Below, one piece after another: positions 1 to 13,400 of a stretch of 64,000 nt of DNA. The position numbers and the translations under genes were made by a program. The notes beneath the pieces are model-generated. The model made no database searches. It was not told the origin of the DNA and worked only from the letters and a program-made list of their open reading frames with translations. The stretch comes from Macrostomum hystrix (Eukaryota > Animalia > Platyhelminthes): NCBI GenBank assembly GCA_950097015.1, contig CATNEN010000039.1:20460001-20524000 (forward strand), given 5' to 3'. How positions within the stretch are numbered: position 1 is the first letter of the stretch; the number at the start of each line of letters is the position of its first letter.

Positions 1-112
1 AAAATCCTCGTTGGCGCCTTCCAAATCCACGGTGACGCCTCCCAAATCCACGGTGACGCCTCCCAAATCCATGGTGACGCCTTCCTAATCCACCGTAAGC
101 CTACCAAATCAA
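1..112. repeat. Short ~21-bp tandem repeat (CCAAATCCACGGTGACGCCTC), about 5 degenerate copies, intronic
   Basis: Tandem copies of ccaaatccacggtgacgcct are directly visible at the window start. Confidence 0.8.
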
Positions 113-243
113 AGATGTCTCGGCACTATACGAAGTAGTGGCCCTATAAAAAAGTCTGTCTGCGGCTCAGGATTGAATAACTTATGTTTTGCTTGATCCT
201 TATAACCAAGATATTAAAAAGGTATAATGCAAAACGATTTCAG

Positions 244-1404
244 ATGCAAGCTGTGACAGTCCACTTGTCAGTACCAACACAATGACCCATGCCACCAATA
301 CGACGGTAAAAGTTGCTGGCATAACAGCTAAATCCAGCCTGCCAGGATTTTCACCAGAACGAATAGCTTTCAACTTTTTAGCAAATGGCAAGTACTTTCG
401 TTTTTCAGCGAAAATCCTGACTGCAAAATTTCTTTATATCTTATGTATATTTAATTGACTAACTGTAGTGAGTAATTTTTCGACCACTGTAGACTCCAAC
501 GTTGGAACATTCGGTTTCTACAGGGCTGCCACCACCAGCCTGAACGAATGGTTTCAGGTGGAGTTCGTGCAGCAGGTGACAGTAAAGTCCGTCGCAATGT
601 CTGGAATTTATTGCCTTCCTGGACTTGCCCGGGAGGCTGTGACTAGCTATATCATTTTGTACTCTCGCTCTGGTATTTACTGGGGTCTGGCGCCTGGTGT
701 AAGTACTGCTTAACGCATAATAATGACTGAAGTAAAGCTTGAATTTAGTTTGATTTGCAATTGAAATTTTTTTCCGAAATAGATAATGCGAGGACCGGTG
801 GGCTATCCCGACAGCTGCATCTCGACTGTGGAGCAGCTCTCAAGCCCAGTGGTGGGCCGCACATTCCGCATCTATCCGCTACAGCTCATTGGTAGACTAG
901 CTGGCAAGCTAGAGCTGTTTGGCTGCTCAGCGGCTACCTCAGTGGAGGCTCCGGCCGTGCCTGTCTGGCCCCATCAGCTGACTGTCACTCAGCGATCGTC
1001 AGCCGGTGCCTTCACCAGCTGGCCAGACGGCCCGCAGTCGTTGCTGTTGCCACTGACAGTCATTAACAGTGACTCCATTGGTAAATCATACGAACTGCCG
1101 GTGAATGCGTCGGTTCGAGTCACCTTTCCTGTTCCACATCGCGTATACAGCCTGATAACGGCTGGCTACAATGGATCGTATATTAGCACCTACGATATTG
1201 TCTTTGGCTCGACTGACGAATCTAAACCGGCGAGAGTTCCTAGAGCCAGCTTGCCAGACCGAACGCTTCTTGGTGGAGTTATTTCAGAGTTGAAGTTCGT
1301 GGAGGACCTGCCGTCGCCTGTGATTGCCAAGTACCTTGTACTGACGCCCAAGCAATACTATGGGGACGCGAAGCTTCAAATTGGTATTCTCGCCTTTCCA
1401 GTCG
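244..1404 (+). CDS. PKD1L gene: N-terminal discoidin (F5/8 type C)-like domain exons
   Basis: C.SPL...ITAKSS; EWFQVEF..VTVKSVAMSG..VTSYIILYSRSGIYW; PVVGRTFRIYP..KLELFGC; a second copy ends PVIAKYLVLTP..LQIGIL. Confidence 0.8.
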
Positions 1405-4400
1405 GTGAGTCATAGAAACGATTTTTGTCTTTGTTTTACGCTCGATCATAAAGACTCAAACTGTATAGAGCTTTCCTCAACTTGAATCATTAGAGTGCCC
1501 AGCGATTGCCAACACGTCACTGAGCACAGCTGTGAGCAGTCTCCCTGGCCAGATACAAATTTCGTTCATGCTGGACAGGCTGCACTACCTTACTAACCTG
1601 ACAGTGGTAGTTCGGTTAGCGCCCTATACGACTGACACAAATATTCTGCTCAGGGTTAATGGCAGTCAGGAGTCTTTGGTGAGTCTTCTATCACAGATAA
1701 AAAAAGTTTGAAAACCGTGGACAGAAGATCCGGAAAAACGATCAACGAATTTTCTAAAATTCATTCTGTCGTTAAATACTCGTATTATCTCGGTCTTTCT
1801 CAGCTGATTCCCGTGATCAACGGCACGAATTTTGTTTGGCTCAACCGCACATTCGCGACCAAAGCTGGAATCTTGGTAGCCAATTTAACGACTGTCGCCA
1901 GTCTGACTTTGGCTGACGCTTTCGGTTGTTCTACTGGACGTAAGTGTCAATCTTACATCATTTTTAGTAGAAAAATCGGCCTATACTTCATGTCGCTGAA
2001 TTCAATGACAAGAATACTATGAATCCTATCGCAGAGTGTCCCGTGAACTACTACTTGTTTGAGGGAGTGTGTCGGCACCATCACGTGGATGGCATGGGCG
2101 GTGTCTCGCGGTCAGTGGCAGAAAGCTATTGTCAGAATGCTAACTGGGACAAGCCTGGGACCTTGTTTCTACCAGCCAGCTACTACGATTATGCAGCAAT
2201 GCGACTGGCCTATGTTGACTGGTCTCTGTAAGTTTACCAATCGAATTGGCTGATTTCTCGTACAAACTATCGAATCGAATAAAATTTAAAACTCTGATTG
2301 CAGGGTTTCTAAAAAAACTTTCAAGATGCCTTGCTGTTAGTAAACTTTTGAAGACACCTTTTAGACAAACTCAAATTTTTTGCGAATTTCAGTTGATTAA
2401 TTAAATTAAGAGAATGAATAACGTTTCGCTCACTCGAATTATCAGGAATTTCAACCAGAGCCAGCAGCCCTTGCGTCGTGACGCCAGATTTCACATCGGA
2501 GTCAGCCAGCGATCCTCCGACGGTCAGTGGGTCTCAGCGTCGAACTCCAGTCTGACCTGGAGACATTGGGCGCCTGGACAGCCAGCGGGAGCCACTGCTG
2601 CTTGTGCAGCCTCTAGTCTCACTGGGGAAGCCTGGACAGCGGTGGACTGCGGCCTAAATCGGGGACACATCATCTGTCAAGTTGAATCGGGTCAGTGCGG
2701 TGGGGGGGGGTCGGTGACGAAGCAGTCAACGCAACCCTCTTGCTCTAAGGTCCCCGAGCTCGATTCCGTGGCGTGGCCGCATTTATTTGGGGCGCAGCCG
2801 CGGAGAGAAGGCTTAGGGGCCTGTCGTGCAATTTACGTCCTTGAGGGCCAACGTCCAAGGCACAGTGAAGTGTACACTGCCTGACGATGAGAAAGTCAGA
2901 GCAGATGTACGCACCTACGTGAGAGTGTGCCTGCGCATGGTGTCTGTGTGCATGTGTGCTCAGGAGTAAGCGAAATGGGCAGAGTTGCCTCCTCGCTGGT
3001 TGTGGGGCTACTGCCACCAAATGATACGCCATTTCTCGCAGCCCTCCTTCAATTATTATTGTTAACACTGGTGACTATCTGCAGCAAGCGAAAATTATTT
3101 TGGGAAGCTAGGGGTTGCACATCCAAGCGGGTTGAAACTCCTAGACCCTGTCTGAGACTTCATCTGGGCCTTCTTGGACGGTGCACCCAATCGAAGGCAC
3201 ACGTCATGCTGTGGCAATAGATCCTCGATCGACAGTGCCGCAATGTACGCTCTCAGTGTGCCCTCATGGGCTAGAAGATGTGCCACAAACCCCCAAGCTT
3301 TCTCTCCACCGCTACGCCTCCTACCTTATGGTGGCTTTGTCGTTGTATTAAAGCTCACCACTTCACTAAACTCGCATAAACATAAAATAATTAGACACTG
3401 ATAATTTTTCTATTGGTTTCAGAAGTAAAGCATGACCTCGGCTGCACTAGACCGTACTACAATGTATTCTACAATTACACAGTGAAGGCGGATAGTAATC
3501 TGGTCATCTACGCGGCAAGTGTGCAGTCGGCATTGCTGAAATGTCAAGCTGAAGCCTGCAAGAGTCTGCTAGCGACTGTCGGACAGTCGGAATTCTATGG
3601 CACAATGATGGACACAGTGTCAGTCGGCTTCCAGCCCACCTGGCAGCAGTATAACTTCTACATCGAACAAGTTTGTCGAAGTAAGTTTCAACGAGACTGT
3701 ATGAAGACAAATATTGAATTTGTCTAAAACAAAAAATCATGATTTGTCTTGTTTTTGTCTTCTTGCATTTCTCACTAAAACTTGAGAAGTGGTCGTATTT
3801 TTAATCAAAAAATCAATACTGTCTATGATCAAACCAATACTCCAGAGGAGTGCTGGTACAGTCTGACTTCGTTGACTTCGAACGTAACGACAACGATCTT
3901 TGTCAATGGCACAAAAGGAAATTCGTCAGATTCGCTGCTTTCGCGCACAACTCTGAGTAGCTCGGATGGCGTTTTCAATGCCTACTATCTGACAGTGAGA
4001 CCATGCTTACACATCATTTATATTATGGCTTGAGATTAACAAAATCTACAACCCGTCTGTACCAAAACTAATGTCACCCAGGTAACTTTGAGCTTGCAAG
4101 TGCGTGTTAGCGGTTTCGGCTTCACAGGCGCCGGCAATAATTTATGGAGCAGTGAGCCAGCAGCCTACGACTCCGTTAATTTGCTCTATTTCGACCCGGA
4201 AGCTGCAATTTGGACACCGGCGACATTCGTTTTAACTCAAAATAAAGTAAGCCTCTTAAAGCTCTTTGTTCTTGTTGGATTTATAATAGGTAGCTTGAAT
4301 ATATTCAAAACTTTCCATGCTGTGCCACACTGTTCCATGCTGTTGAAAAACTTTTCATTTCAGAGTTTTGGTCTGTCTGTGGAGAGGGAGGACATGCTAA

Positions 4401-7400
4401 ATCAGGTGCTAATTTTCCAAGCAAAGTTTGCCATAGTCACTGTACAGTTGCGGCTGATGCCATTGCAATACATTGATTCGGCCGCCTTCAAATTTGACAT
4501 TTTCGGCTGCGCTCTGCAAAGTAAGTCGACAATCCTTAGAATTCCTTTGTATTGCCTGGTTATCAGAAAGTATATGAGAGTTTTGTATGCATCCAACCTG
4601 ACATTCTCATAGTCGGGCAGTTTAAACACGCAAAGGGCTTTGCCTCGTACTTCAACTGAGGATATGAGTCCGACGAAGTACGGGATCCGAGCTTGTAGTG
4701 TACCTCAGTCACCTTAATAATTGTGGTGTTGACCCGTTGCAGCACATCACATCATTTAGAGACAGTAAACCAGCAACCAGTGCGGAGGCAATTCTGACAA
4801 TTTCGCTGACTCCTGAGCACACACGCACACAGATACCGTACGCAGGCACACGCTCACACAGGTGTGTACATCTGCCCTGCCTTTATCATCGTCAGGCAGT
4901 GTACACTTTCACTGTGCCTTCGAGATTGGCCCTCAATCGCTCGACAAGCCCCCAAGCACAGTTCCTCCGCGACTGTGCCCCATCTGAATGTGGCCTCGCG
5001 GCGGAATCGAGCTCAGGGACCTTGGTGCGAGAGGCAAACGCTTTAACCGCTCTGCCACTCACCCCTGCAACCTGGCCCTCAAAATCACTGATTTAAAACT
5101 GTTTTCCCAAACTTTCAGTTCCTACATGCGTTGGCAAGAACAGGTTTGAGTTCGGAGGAAAGGCCGTTGCTTGCCAAAACGATTGGGCTATTTTCTATCG
5201 TAATCTCAACACTAGCTCAGCAATGAACTTTTCAATTGTTAACTATCAAGACGGCTTTGAATTCGACAACCTCACTTGGTTAGGCCTGCGAACACTGAGT
5301 GATTTAACAACTGTGGCTGCGTTTTCGCTGAGAATCGACGCTTGGATTTCAGATGGCGGCTTCCGATACGTTGAATGCCGCCAGATTAAGGTTTCGCCAG
5401 CTTATCTCCGTTTCAGCTTTAACATCGAATCTTGCAATAGCGACTTCGGAGATCAGTTTTTGTTTGAGTCGCTTAACAAATCAACATTCTCTACCTTTGA
5501 CTTCGGTGCTGATACTAATTGCGCATTGGTTGGTGGCAGCGGCTGGTGGTACATCCCTGGCTGCAATTCCATGAAGTTGACTGGCGTCGCCGGAGGCACT
5601 GGCAACGATGCTGTTAGATGGTCGTCGGGAACTACTAGGGGAGCCCAAATTGTCATGAGAATAATTAGCAGAAACTACTTTCATCCTCGTGAGTATACGA
5701 TGCCCATTTTTATTGTTTTTCTTTCAAATTCAAAAGCGTCAATCACGCAGTCAATGTAAAAATGATACTCGTATTTTTCCCAACACGACAATTTCAGCCA
5801 AGTCTATCGGAGAGCTCTGTTACGCGGATGCTTCTTGTGCTATAACGGAAAACACAGTTTGCCTATCGGCCGGCATCCTATTAGATACGAGATGCGCATG
5901 TCGGAAAGGATTCGTGCAACGGGGATTGGAGTGCAAAGCCCGTGAGTTTGACAACTCCTTCGTAGCTTAATCCAAGAGAAAATCTGGGATTTTTACAGCT
6001 TGAACGAGGATAGATTGACAGCTTGAATCAGGATAGATTGACAGCTTGAACCAGAATAGATTGACAGCTTGAACCAGAATAGATTGACAGCTTGAACCAG
6101 GATAGATTGACAGCTTGAACCAGGATAGATTGACAGCTTGAAGCAGGATAGATTGACAGCTTGAACCAGGATAGATTGACAGCTTGAACCAGGATAGATT
6201 CACAGCTTGAACCAGGATAGATTGACAGCTTGAACCAGGATAGATTGACAGTTTGAACCAGGATAGATTGACAGCTTGAACCAGGATAGATTGACAGCTT
6301 GAACCAGGATAGATTGACAGCTTGAACCAGGATAGATTGACAGCTTGAAGCAGGATAGATTGACAGCTTGAACCAGGATAGATTCACAGCTTGAATCAAA
6401 AAAGACTTCTATACTTCTATTGTAGTGATTGACAGCTCGGTACAATCGCTATTTCTTCTTACATCTGCACCAATAATGCGAGATGTCACAGCGAATGTTA
6501 CTGTCATTGTACATGCTCGTCTGGTCAATGGAACTGTTAATCTAACAGAAGCAGCAGCACCGAGAACAAATTTTATCTTCGCAGCTCAGCTGAGGGGTGG
6601 CGGCATAAATGCTACAATTAGCAACACTCAATTGATCAGCGGTGATCCCGCTGCGGCGCGGTACATTGGTGAGGATTTTAATTTTTCACTGACACTGTCA
6701 GTGCGACTTCCCGCTGGCAGTGATTGCTTGAAGATCATTGACATCTGTATTGTCGCTCAGCCTGGTGATAGTGCTAGGTTTTTCGACTATCAGTTAATCA
6801 ACAACGAGGCCTGCATCGGATTCAGTAAAGTCTGCCAGCCTGCATTGGATGTTGAAGCATCTCTTAGGCTGGTGAGTTCTACAATCGTCACGCGCTCACT
6901 TCCGGCGATACTCACTCTTGAGACGCTCTTGATGTTAAGCCCCACCAGCTCTGTCCACGTGGCTGCGGTGCCCATGTTCGACGAAAACTTTGCAGTAAGT
7001 CTTTTTTGAGGACCTAATAATCGCTATAGCCTTTTAATATCATACTTTTTAACTTAATATCATTCTCTCGCTTAACCAGATGGCTTCGTTGTTGCTTTGT
7101 GCAGCCAACTGCACTGGCAGCAGCAACAGCTGCCTTCAGTCAGTGTGCGCACCAACGCTGCTTGAATGGAGTGCGATATCGTCTAGAGAAGCTATCGCGG
7201 CTGGTAGCTCAGGAAGAATACAGGCCAATGCTTCGACCACTCTAAATCTGAGCACGTGTGAGTCCTACAGCTTCATCTGCACTCAGATTTCGACCGGGGC
7301 CAACTCAAGCTTGACCTTTTCGAATGCTAGCGTCAGGGTGGCGTGTGTCCCTCTGATTAGAAATTGCACACCATTCGCTGACGTGGAGGTCTCTCAACTG

Positions 7401-10400
7401 ACCTTCGTGGTCAACAATGAGACTTGGATCAGGCGCTATCCCGCTAGCCTGACCGTCTCGAGTACCCTACGTATTCGTTCAGGGCTTCCTATTGAAGCCG
7501 TGCCATCGCCGCGCATAAATTTTCAGCCGATTGCTTACCTTGCCTCAACAGACATGGCTGTTACCGAGTCATCAAGCTCCAGATTCTGTGACCAAGTCTC
7601 TCTTCAACAGAGCCTTATTAACGGTAGCAGCATCGGTATAAACTGCATCTATGTGTTCAATGTGAGCGCGAACTCATGTTCAAATCTCAGGCAGCTCTGT
7701 GTACTTTACAACACCAGCTTTGGTCCTTCGTATACTGAGAGTGATTTCTCGAACAACCTGGCTTGTGTTGCTCTGCTCGGAAATCTGTCGTGCTCAGAAC
7801 TGTCAGTTGTCAATGCTAGCTGTCAAACCTCAGGCTCGCTGTTAGCGCCGAATGATACCTTGACTATCCAAGCGGCATGGCAAAGAGGGTCTGCCGTGCG
7901 AGTTACCTTAGCCTTCAGCAACCATCGCATTCTTACTTGGGATTGGCTCTCAGCTAGCCATGTCAATAGCTTTTATGCTCAATCGGTCCAGCTAAGCCTC
8001 ATATTCAGAGAGGATGTGGGCCTTTTCAACTTCACTTGCAGAATTGGAAATGAGGCCGGCGATTGGCAAAAAGTTGGCGACATTGTTGTGGCGCCTCAAC
8101 TTAAGGACTTCTTGCGACTTTCCATGGCGTACGTGCCCCAGCCTGTACCACTGAACGCAACGGTGAATTTAGAAATGGTAAGTAATAGATGGTCTAAACT
8201 TTACGCTCTTATAGACAGAATACAATAATTTCTACCCCTCTCTTTTAGATTCAAGGAAGCCCGGTTTCCAACTTGCCCGTTTCGTGTTATGCTCAACTCC
8301 AGCCTGGTTTTTACAGAAATTTCAGCCAGACAATTCTCCCAATGAAGAGTCACAATGAAGTTATCACATTTACGGATGACGCTCCGTATGCACTGGCCAA
8401 TATAACCTGCTGGAATCAGGTGTCTACAGTGACAGCAACATACTACGTCATCTTGCAGGAGAACATCACGCAGCTATGGTTTAATTCAAGCCAGTTGTTG
8501 GTGCCCACAAATCATACTTTCCAATTGTTGCTCAGTGTCAGCACTGGAAGCCATGTGACCTATCAGATAGACTTTGGCAATGGCACAAGTTCGATTGTAA
8601 CCGACGCACAGCTCCTGGCTTGGCGGGCTCCTGACATAGTAAACGTGTCCTACAACAATCCAGGGAGATATTTGATCAATATTGTCGCATCGAATTACCA
8701 TTCACGATCCGAGACCCGCAGTCTGAATGTTTTAGTACAAAATCCAGTTCGTCAACTGATGCTTCAGACGCCAAGATTTGTTGAACTATCTGCCCTAAAT
8801 GCTAGCATTCTGTTCACTCACCCTGATCCACAACCAACTAATGCTTCGTGCCGGGTTGCTTTTGGTAACATGTCTGCTATAGTGAATCTATCAGCATCAT
8901 CTATCCAACTGCCTTTGCGGTGCTACAGAGCACTGTTATTTGAACCAGAGTTCGTGAAGCTCACTTGCTGGAACCTAGTCTCTGAGATCGATGTGTCAAA
9001 CACGAGTGTCAGCTGTCAGGAGGCGGTGAATGGGTTGAACTGGACTGGACCAACGGCGCTTAGAAGGGCTGAGACTAGTTACTACTCACTGACTGTGACT
9101 TACGGTTCAGCGCTTCGTGCAGGAATGAACTGCGGTGACGGGCGAGTGATCTCGCTGACCGGTGTGCCAGGAAATACCTCAGTTCAGTACGCTTCAATCG
9201 GCAACTTTACCGCAGTTATATCTGTTTGGAACGATGTCAGCAATCAATCAACAACATTTGGTCCAGTAGTTGTGCAAGAGATTATAAGAGGTCTCGTCCT
9301 GGAGTACAATGCCAGTGTACTTTACACTCCCGCGGAAGTACATTTCCGTCTGACAAGCCCAATAGTCTCATTGACTAACGTACATTGTCTGTTCAGCTGG
9401 GCTGAGTTCGGCTCCCGTTATCTCTATCTAGACAGTATAGGCACTGTCGGCGAAGCGAGTCATGTCCAGGCATTTCCACGAGCTGCCTTAGGGCTCAGAA
9501 ATTTTAGTCTGAACTGCTCTAATCTGGTCTCATTTCAAACTGTACCTATAACCGTCGACATCATTCTCGACGCCGTGATAATTGGAAGCTTTCGAACCAA
9601 CGGATCAGCGTTACTATCCAATGCGACCTATTTCTTTCTCAACATCACTCGATTCGGCACCAATGGCTGCTTTGTAGTGAAATTCGGTGACTCAACTGCC
9701 GGTGTCAGCTTTGGAGTGCCTGACTTGTGTCAGGCTTATTCAGAATCTCGTGGCATAAACTTCACCGCGATTTCTTACGGGAACTTGTCCATTTCATTCA
9801 GTCATATTTATAGCAGATTAGGTAGCTTCTCCGCAACAATATTTGCCTTTAATCACGTTAGCAATGACACTGCTGAAACGCTGGCCCTCATAATGGACTG
9901 GATGTGCGATGTGCCCAAGCTAAACTTTTCGCACTCTGGTGTTCAGATAGCTCAGTTTGATCCTGGCATGCCCCTTAATCAGATGAGATCAACAGAACTT
10001 ATTGTTGAAGGTCTGGCCGAGTTGAACTGTTCTAAGACTAGCTCAACAATAAAACGTTGGCGCGTTGAAACTACCAGCGGTGTCGCTCTGAACCTGAGCT
10101 TTTCTGATTCCTTTACTTTTCGTCTCCCTGCGCGAACCCTTTGGTATGGCCTTTATAAGGTCGTCCTGAACTTGTCTATGGCGGATGTTTCACCCCCAGT
10201 TTCCAAAGAGTTCGCATTCTATATCAACATAACCAAGACGCCGTTGAGTGCTAACTTTAGCAGTTTGTCACCGATATCTGCTGCGTACAATCAGACTGTG
10301 AGATTGGAGCTGCTACCTCGGGATTGGGACGTCGAGTCAGGAAATCTCACTGCAATGTCGTTTCAATGGATTTGCATGCAGCAGTCGGAGCTTACATCAA

Positions 10401-13400
10401 ATCCGAACACCAGTCGCGTTAGTCCTCCGAGCAGTCAGGGTTTTATCGATTTTAGAGGCTGCTTTGGCAGCGGAGTGGGTGTGGTGTTCGAAGGAAGCGA
10501 CAACGCTGGGTCCTCGCTACTTCTCAATACCTATCACATGCTGCCGAACGTTTCATACGCTCTTCGGGTCACAGTTTTCAAGGACTCCAGGACAGTGTCA
10601 AGCGACTGGCAGATCTTTGTTCACCCCCAAGACGCAGCAGTAATAACCATAGTGTAAGTAGTTTCATTCATTCTGATGTCTAATCTCGTTCTTCTAAAAT
10701 TTACGGCTTGTAACTTAAATTCCGGCAAAATCTTTCTCTACACAGTTGCGAAGATAACTGCGCCGCAAAAGTGACTCCACGCAGCTCGCTTACTTACAAG
10801 GCATCATGCGAAGCAAACTGTGCTACTAAATTCTCTAATTTGAACTTCAACTGGGCAATGCGACAAGCACAGGCCAGTGGCTTTGACGACTTGGCTGCTG
10901 TCACAGAATCTGGTAAGTTAATCTGGTAATGGAATCTTTATCCAAGGTCGCTTTGTTTATAAAAAAATCAATGCACTTTAAAAAAAGTATCCTCATTTTA
11001 CATAGGCTTTCATGGTCCTGTACTTATCCGAAGAGCTAACACTCTTGTACCGGGTGTCGCTTATATAGTACAAGTCTCAGCACTTAGCTTCGCTCAGTAT
11101 AACTCAGCCACAGTTTCTAAGAATTTCATTGTTAATAAGCCTGCAAGCGGAGGAAACTGTACTATTCAACCACGTGAGGGCATCGCCATGGAGACGAAGT
11201 TTCGCATCTCGTGTTGGGGTTGGGTAGAGTTCAATGTGACGTCGACGAGACTGACATACGAGTATCGCATCAGGCCCAAAGGCAGCGTGCGCACCATCTT
11301 GCTCTTCTACGGTCCGACGGCAGTATCTCCTGAAGTTGTTCTGCCCGTTGGCTCGTCTATTCATGGATACAAATCGGATGCGTACATCAATGTAGTAGAC
11401 AGCGTTGGAGACAAAGTGGCATTCATATTCGACGTTAAGGTGAGTGCGCATTTAGCTTATTTGCTTCGTTAATCGATAAAATGTGCAAATTAACAACCGC
11501 CGATTTTTGACAGGTAAACGCGCCACCAATACCAGCCTCGGAGCTTCTGTCCGGCATCACAGCGATAATGGACGGCTCAAGCAACGAATTGAGTCAGCAT
11601 TTGAAAAGCGGCAATCAACAGGGAGCTGCGACCACCCTGATGTGCTTGACGTCTGTCATGAATGCTAAAAATGAAGATGCCGAAGGAGTGAACGCTACCA
11701 GCGAGAAGACGACAGAGTTTAATAAAAAAATGACTGAGGTAACTCCAGCGTTTTCTCGTTTGTAAATAGCCTGTGATCTTGTCGGAGATACTTATTTATT
11801 TTATTTATTTTCAGCTGCGCACAAAGTTGATCGCAGTGGTTGCTAACTTCAGCATCGATACTCCCGAGGATCTGGAACAGACGAATGATGTGCTTAGGAG
11901 TGCTATTCCTGCAGACAGAACCAGCCAAGTTACAATCGAATCACAGGTAATAAGGAAAATATAAGTTCTACCTTTACGAATGAAAACGTACAAGTTGCAC
12001 AACTTAACCGCATAGTGGAGTCATAACACAACCAATCGATTATTTTTCATTCAAAGGAACTTGGCGCTTCCAAGCTTCAGGAGATCACTAGCAGCTTTGG
12101 AAAATTTAAGGACCGACTGCCTGCTGACATTCAACCACTGATGGGCTCAGGTATGTTTAGCAGAAGATATACTGAGCTCAAAATCGGGAGACCAACTACT
12201 TCTGTAAAAATTAAGTCCTACTGTTTGAATACCTGAATTATTGTAGACATTGTCTTCACGGGTTCAAATATATGGTCTGCATCGGATTCCACGGCCAAAT
12301 TGGCAAACAATGAAACTGCAGGCTGCTCCCAAAACTCCTCACAATCCTCGTGTGCTGCAACGACGCCAGCCCCAGCTGCCCAAGCTGTAAATACGAAAGT
12401 CCGAGGCGTAATCGAGTCCGTGCTGACAACAGTCGAATCAGTTAGTGAAATTCTTCTGAACAGCTCTGGCTCCTACTCGATTTCGGATGCAGCTTTGTCA
12501 GTTCAAGGACTACGTCTAAATGGAAGCAGCGGTAACGTCAGTTTTCAGTCCGCTCACGGTGAGGCGACTTTGCCGCCAGCTCTTCTAAGCGGCTGTGACT
12601 CAGTCAAAGCCATCTTCTCTGGCCGCAGTCCGTATGTTTGGCAGCCGACAACATCCGTCGCTTCGTCAGTTCTCATGATAGAAAAGCGTGGCTGCCGCTC
12701 TCGTCGCGCTGTGGCGCCTTCCATCTCGGAAAGTTTTATATTTTCTCTACCTGCAACTGGCGTTGCGAGCAAAGCAGTGATTAATGCAACCCCCACGGAC
12801 CGCTGGCTAAGCTTTTATCATAGTGTGAACGTCACAAGTGGAGTCTTACAGGTGACTGTGCAGCCGCTGAATGCCAGTCAAGAGCTGCAAATATTCGTTC
12901 AGCTTGACCGCGTTCCAACGCCAATTGATTACTTTTTAAATGCTAGCAAAGGTTCATTTTACCTTCCTGCAGTCTCCAATGGTACGTATATGATTGGCAT
13001 CAAGCGAGCCGGCTGCTATCGAGAGACAAGCGGGGCATTGTCCTCGACGTGCTCGGACCCGAGCTTGTCCTACGAGTTTGGCCTCGCTCTGTACGACTGT
13101 CTGGTCTGGGACGCCTCGCTGGAGTCCTGGAGGGCGCCAGCAGCTGGCGGTGCTTCGTGCACCGTTGAAGCATCCGAGGTGCCGAATCGACCGCGTTTCG
13201 TCAGCAACCTATTTGGAAGCCTTGGCGCGGGCATGAATGTGCTGCCGAATCTCATCGACTTTGGTACACTGTTCCAGAACTGGCAGGGAAAGTTAGCTGA
13301 CAGCGCGGCGGTAGTAGGAACCGTTGTGGCTTTGTGGATAATTTTCATTCCAATTGCAGTATTTTTGCGTCGTGTGGATAATAAGGACAACTTAAAGGTT

